From: the human T2T-CHM13v2.0 reference genome, Homo sapiens
Direction: 5' to 3' (one strand)
DNA length: 64,000 nucleotides
NCBI RefSeq assembly: GCF_009914755.1
Contig: NC_060934.1
Shown: positions 59,415 to 64,000 of the stretch, in pieces
Numbering within the stretch: position 1 is the first letter of the stretch
How the letters are laid out: every line of letters starts with the position of its first letter
Notes under the pieces: model-generated
Told to the model about the DNA's origin: nothing
The model's database searches: none
The model's input: the letters and a program-made list of their open reading frames with translations, nothing else
Made by a program: the position numbers and the translations under genes

Positions 59415-60758
59415 TGAAGGCCCACTTCAGCAGCGAAGGTTGCAGAGGTCACACTGAGCCTTTGCAACAATGGCAGGGAGCATTTCAGACAACAGCACAA
59501 CATGGCACAAGCCTCTACCCCAAGGCAGGCCTGACTCTTCACTGTCCTGGAAACCGACTATAGTATTCATGATCACTCGTTCATCTGCACCCACTGGGCA
59601 CCTTCCTAGGAACGTACTCACTCCCTGGCACTTCGTATCAAGCTGGTTGACCCCGGCAGTGCCCCTTCCACCAACCGTACTCCTTTCCCAGGGTTGCCTC
59701 ATGCCTGCATCTGTGTCCCAAAACCTGGCCAAGTGTCTCTGCTCCTGTCCTCCCCTCTCCTGTCCGGGAGGCTGGAGCCTCCAGGGTCTGGAGCCTGGCT
59801 CTTAGATGGGCCCCACTAAACATCCAAATTTCCACGTTTCTCCTTGTAGGATGCTCCTGGGGCCCTGACTGCTCTTCCACTTCTTCCACAGCCTTTCCCT
59901 GGGAGCCCCCTGGCATTCCTGCTCCCCTCCTGTTGTGCAGCTTCCAGGCTCTGACTTCCCATCCCACTCTCTGGAATGGCTTGTTCCTTTGCAAACTGCA
60001 TCCTGTTCTTGCTATTATGAAATCTAAGATGACTAGATGACTGACTGCTTTTCTCCAAGATTCCCAAAATGTCTCCCTCATCAAATGATAGTTTCTTGAT
60101 GACCTCACTAAGTTCTGAACAGTCATGTACCTTCTTGCATTGGCTGACTCCCCACCTATTCTCATGTGCAATGACAGCTGCTTTTCACAGCAAGCTCCTC
60201 AAACACTTCCTGATTTTATCCACAAATGGTTGCATGGTTTTTGACACAATTTTGCTATATCTGGAACCCCAATTCTTTGAAAATTGGTTCAAACGACGTT
60301 GCCAAACATTTTCCGGAATGCTCAGTTGACTAAACCATGTCTATCAGCCTTTCCCAAACCATTGCTTGTTGCCAAATCCTTGTGTTATTATCTTCAGCAA
60401 ATAATTTACAAATTAGGGTATCCCAAAGAAAAACTCTGGCACCTTTTCCTAAATGGAAGGTAAAACTATTATCAAGGGACACCATCGTGTGCAGACAGAA
60501 CTTAATTAATAAACCTGGGATAATGATACTGGTAAATGGAAAGAGAACATTCTATGGAACTCCTAGCCTTAGCACATCTCAGCAGCAGAGCTTTGCTCAG
60601 TGGTGAGAGAAGATTTCTAGAGGTACAACTTCCAGTTTACATTTCAGAGAGAACCCACGCACCATGCCAAAAGCAGTAAACTTGACATATTCAAAATGTT
60701 ACATCCTTTAAGGTAAACCAGTTCTAAGTGGAGATCTTGGCCTCCTGGATGCTGGTTG
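59415..60758 (-). pseudogene. Fossil exon 4 (large, ~1.34 kb; may be several exons)
   Basis: ttcctgtag|CAA joins exon 3 in phase 0; long nearly open stretches. LSEVIKKLSFDEGDILGILEK~LGAFFSTLCPEGDIDILLDK; IMNTIVGFQDS..LPWGRGLCHVVLLSEMLPAIVAKAQ~LLSHVCSIADS..LDLGSFEKVDFLICIPPSEVTYQQ. Donor TCA|gtaggg (alternative GGA|gtgagt at 59622). Confidence 0.65.
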
Positions 60759-61632
60759 CTACAGGAAATCTTATTCACAGTGGAAAATGATGATACCTAA
60801 AGGACTAATAAAAAGAGGAATGAAAGTGGAGAGTTTTTTCATGCCTTTAATCAAGGTTATTTTCATTTTCTTCTTCATGATTATTGCCTTTCAGTAAATC
60901 TGCTCAGTGCCCAAGCCCTCAAAATGACACAGCATATCTGAGAGCACCTGGGTGACAGCGCCTGAGAAAAATCAAACACAGAGAGGACTGCAGCTCCCTG
61001 CAGGGTGCTCACGGGCCGCTATGCAGCTTCTGTGCAGGATCCATTGCATTTCAGGGGCTGCTTCACTCCCCATGGACCCCAACCAGGGGGCAGGGTGAAC
61101 AATGAGGTGGCCAGGGCCAGCCCCTCTTGGCCAGGTGGTTATTAATTCTTGGCCAGGTGGTCAGGCTGAGAGGAGGCAGGGAAAGGGCTCAGGCAATTAG
61201 TGCTTCAGAAAATGTTGCAGTGAATCAGTGCCAATTCCAGACTGATTGCTGTTACCCAAAACTTTTCTTCCCTGCCCAATCATTATGTCCTCCCTGGGGG
61301 TGAGCTCATAAGGCTCAGAGTTCTTTCAGTGCCTGGTTGAATGGAGCTTAAAACAAATAAACAAACAAGCAACAATATTTGGTCCATGACACCCTTTTCG
61401 TCTTTGGAGGGGTGGATGAGGGTGGGTGGGATGTAGGGAGTCAGGAATTGGGGCTTCATCCTGTCCTCAGGGGCCCCTGAGCCTGCCCGCTGGTGTATTA
61501 AGACACCCACTGCCCACAGCAGCACCCAGCTGGGATGCCATCACTTGCCCCATGATATTCCTACACCTGTCAAAGCTCCTCGTCTCTAAAGGTTTTCAGG
61601 CTGAGTCCAAAGGCTTGTCAGGGAGATTGTAA

Positions 61633-61970
<338 letters not shown>

Positions 61971-62399
61971 CCCCGCCCTCCAACCTTAAGATTACAAACT
62001 GAACAACCTGAACCTCTCTGGCCTCAGCTCCTCCTTTGTAAGATAAGGATAATAGCAGCTGCCTTTTCTGGTTGTTGCGAATAGAAAGAGGGAACACTTA
62101 GGAAGAGAGGTAAATGCTCAGCAAGTGTCGATCATTAGTATGATTCTCACTCAGCAGAGAGCCAGGCATTGCTATTTACCTCTAAACTGTTAGGAAATCA
62201 AGCCAAATGTGGAAAATTCACTGATACCCAGGATCCCTAAGGGGCATTGTCTTTTAGTTGCAAGAGTGGATATTCAAATGGCAAACGCTAAGAGGACATT
62301 TCTCCTACAGAATAACTTTGTGATCATTTCCAAAGGAAAAAGAAATTCTAAGATTCCTCGTCTTCCAGGCCCAGAATTTAGGTCATAAGTTTATCTCAC

Positions 62400-62568
62400 T
62401 GAAGTGCAGGAAGGCACATTTTCAACAGGGAGGAAGAAGTCCGATCCCAGAGACTTCACGAAGCTTGTCTGTGGGAGTGCAATAATAAAGGTGCTTATGT
62501 GAGACTTTTCATCATCAATTGAAGAATTTTCAGCAGCCAAACATTGAAGCCATACTCAGAGTATTAGG
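62400..62568 (-). pseudogene. Fossil exon 3 (169 bp, phase 2 to 0)
   Basis: aattcag| ... TCA|gtgaga; LIL*VWLQCLAAENSSIDDEKSHI...SFVKSLGSDFFLPVEN vs GREB1 PWLASLAASSCNDSVHV...SLAEGLSEMFRLLVEG; one TGA stop. Confidence 0.7.
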
Positions 62569-62808
62569 CTGAATTTATTGAAGATTATTTGTTTTCTTTT
62601 TTGATGTTGCCCATGCAGCATTGCAAATAATAGAATCTCATTGTTAAACACAGCTCATTATTTTCTTCAATGAGCTAGAATCCAAGTTATGAGTAATGGG
62701 TTAGTAGTGAGTTCACAGGCATGCAGAAGAATAAAAAAGAAAAAAGGATCTAAAAGAATACTATTAGCATTAATTACGTCTGTGCATTTCCCATTTGCAG
62801 AGACTTAC

Positions 62809-62917
62809 TATAAAATATTTCTTTTTTTCATTTTTCCTAATCGGATTGCCTACTAGATTTATAATCATAGAAGAGCTGTTTAGAAACGAATTCCTTATAC
62901 AAGAGAAAATTCTAATT
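62809..62917 (-). pseudogene. Fossil exon 2 (109 bp)
   Basis: gttatttttcag| ... TATA|gtaagt; both sites strong; protein match weak. Confidence 0.55.
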
Positions 62918-63107
62918 CTGAAAAATAACTATCTGGGATGTGTTATTTTATCTTTCTTGACTTATGAATGTGGTTATTGATCTCTAAATGGAATTTCCAA
63001 ATCAGTGACTTTTATAAAAATATGATATACTGTGGAAAGAGGTAGAAATAAGAAGCAGGAGGGAGGGAAAGGAAAAGACAATTTGCAGAATAAACTTGAA
63101 CAATAAC

Positions 63108-63321
63108 TTTAATGGTCTTCATCCATCCCTATAAATCAACAAATCATTTTCCCACAGGTCAGACTGTTACAGTAGAATTTGGACTCATTCTGCTCATTTT
63201 GGAGATGGTTACAAGTGCTCGGACTGGTGCCATGTTATGCATTTGGAAGAATGATTGCATTATAAAACCCATTCCAAGCTTCCCACTGTTTCAGCAATGG
63301 AAATAGTGAAGAATGTTTGGA
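63108..63321 (-). pseudogene. Candidate fossil exon 1 (donor uncertain)
   Basis: Acceptor ttttaaatcag|; frame PNILHYFHC*NSGKLGMGF... weakly like GREB1 PDNLLKIC..KGHGNF; no clear donor. Confidence 0.35.
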
Positions 63322-63574
63322 CTGATTTAAAATGTGAAGATCTAATTCCAGTATTGTAGAAGCTTTCTGCCACTCAAACATTCCCCCAAATAAGTCTCAG
63401 TTGTGTGCCTAATTAAATTCTGATGTTAGGTAAAAAAAAAAAAAAGGAATCATTTTTTCTAATTTTAAGTAGCAACTTGCATATAGCTCATAGAACTAGT
63501 CAATATTTAAATTACACCATTATTAAAACGCTAGGCTTAGCACCTAGCAGAAACTAACCAACTTCTATGGAATA

Positions 63575-64000
63575 GATCTGGGGACTCCATTTCCAGAAGT
63601 GTGGCTGATTAGATACCCTAAGTGACCCTCATGACTAAAAATAAAAAAAAAAAAAGATTAAATGTTGAAAGAACATTAATTTAAATGCATTACTGAGCTG
63701 GCACCAAATTAAGAAATGTGCAGAGCCCCAAAGGGAATGAACACATGAATCTTGGAAGGTAGGCTAGTGTAAGAGTCCACTTATGTCCCCAAAGTGTGGC
63801 TGAACCCTGGAGATGCTAAGTGTCTTCTTTGATAACTACATAGAGTTCAGAGGACAAAAGATTAACCTTAGGGTCTGCCCAAAGGGGGATCTCATAGGAG
63901 ACCCCATAATTATCTGGACTGCTAAAGGCCATAGTCCTAAAGCAAGGATGAACGAGCAGTAAACCCTGATATTCAGAAGGAGGCAGAAAGAAAACTTGCT
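63575..64000 (+). mobile_element. Probable old L1M 5'-end fragment
   Basis: ttccagaagtgtggc..; aaatgcattactgagctggca; ttaaccttagggtctgccc resemble L1M 5' UTRs. Confidence 0.4.

Noticed and set aside
59638-60171. 177-aa minus ORF as an intact protein
   Set aside because: Lies within the large fossil exon, mostly out of the family-matching frame; no start or poly-A context.
61125-61161. 15-bp direct duplication tcttggccaggtggt (similar small ones near 27880 and 50805)
   Set aside because: Ordinary local slippage with no further structure.

Overview
Primate (human-like) genomic DNA, roughly half interspersed repeats: about 25 Alus, old L1s, L2/MIR, MaLR/ERVL LTRs, hAT and Tigger DNA transposons, and one ancient CR1 RT fragment. 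I find no intact protein-coding gene, tRNA, rRNA or CRISPR array, and nearly all ORF-track entries are repeat-derived or chance ORFs. The main signal is a chain of about 24 exon-like segments on the minus strand from ~63.3 kb down to ~22.0 kb. They have canonical GT-AG boundaries, several 81-100 bp introns and mostly compatible phases. Their stop- and frameshift-riddled translations align in order with GREB1/GREB1L, from the mid N-terminal region through the permuted SF2-helicase-like region to the C-terminal TAGT glycosyltransferase domain. I read this as a decayed, intron-containing third GREB1-family gene (candidate unitary pseudogene) whose 5' end lies beyond the window. The protein comparison was made by eye against GREB1/GREB1L sequences recalled from memory and needs a real alignment. 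Repeat subfamily names are also from recalled consensus sequences.
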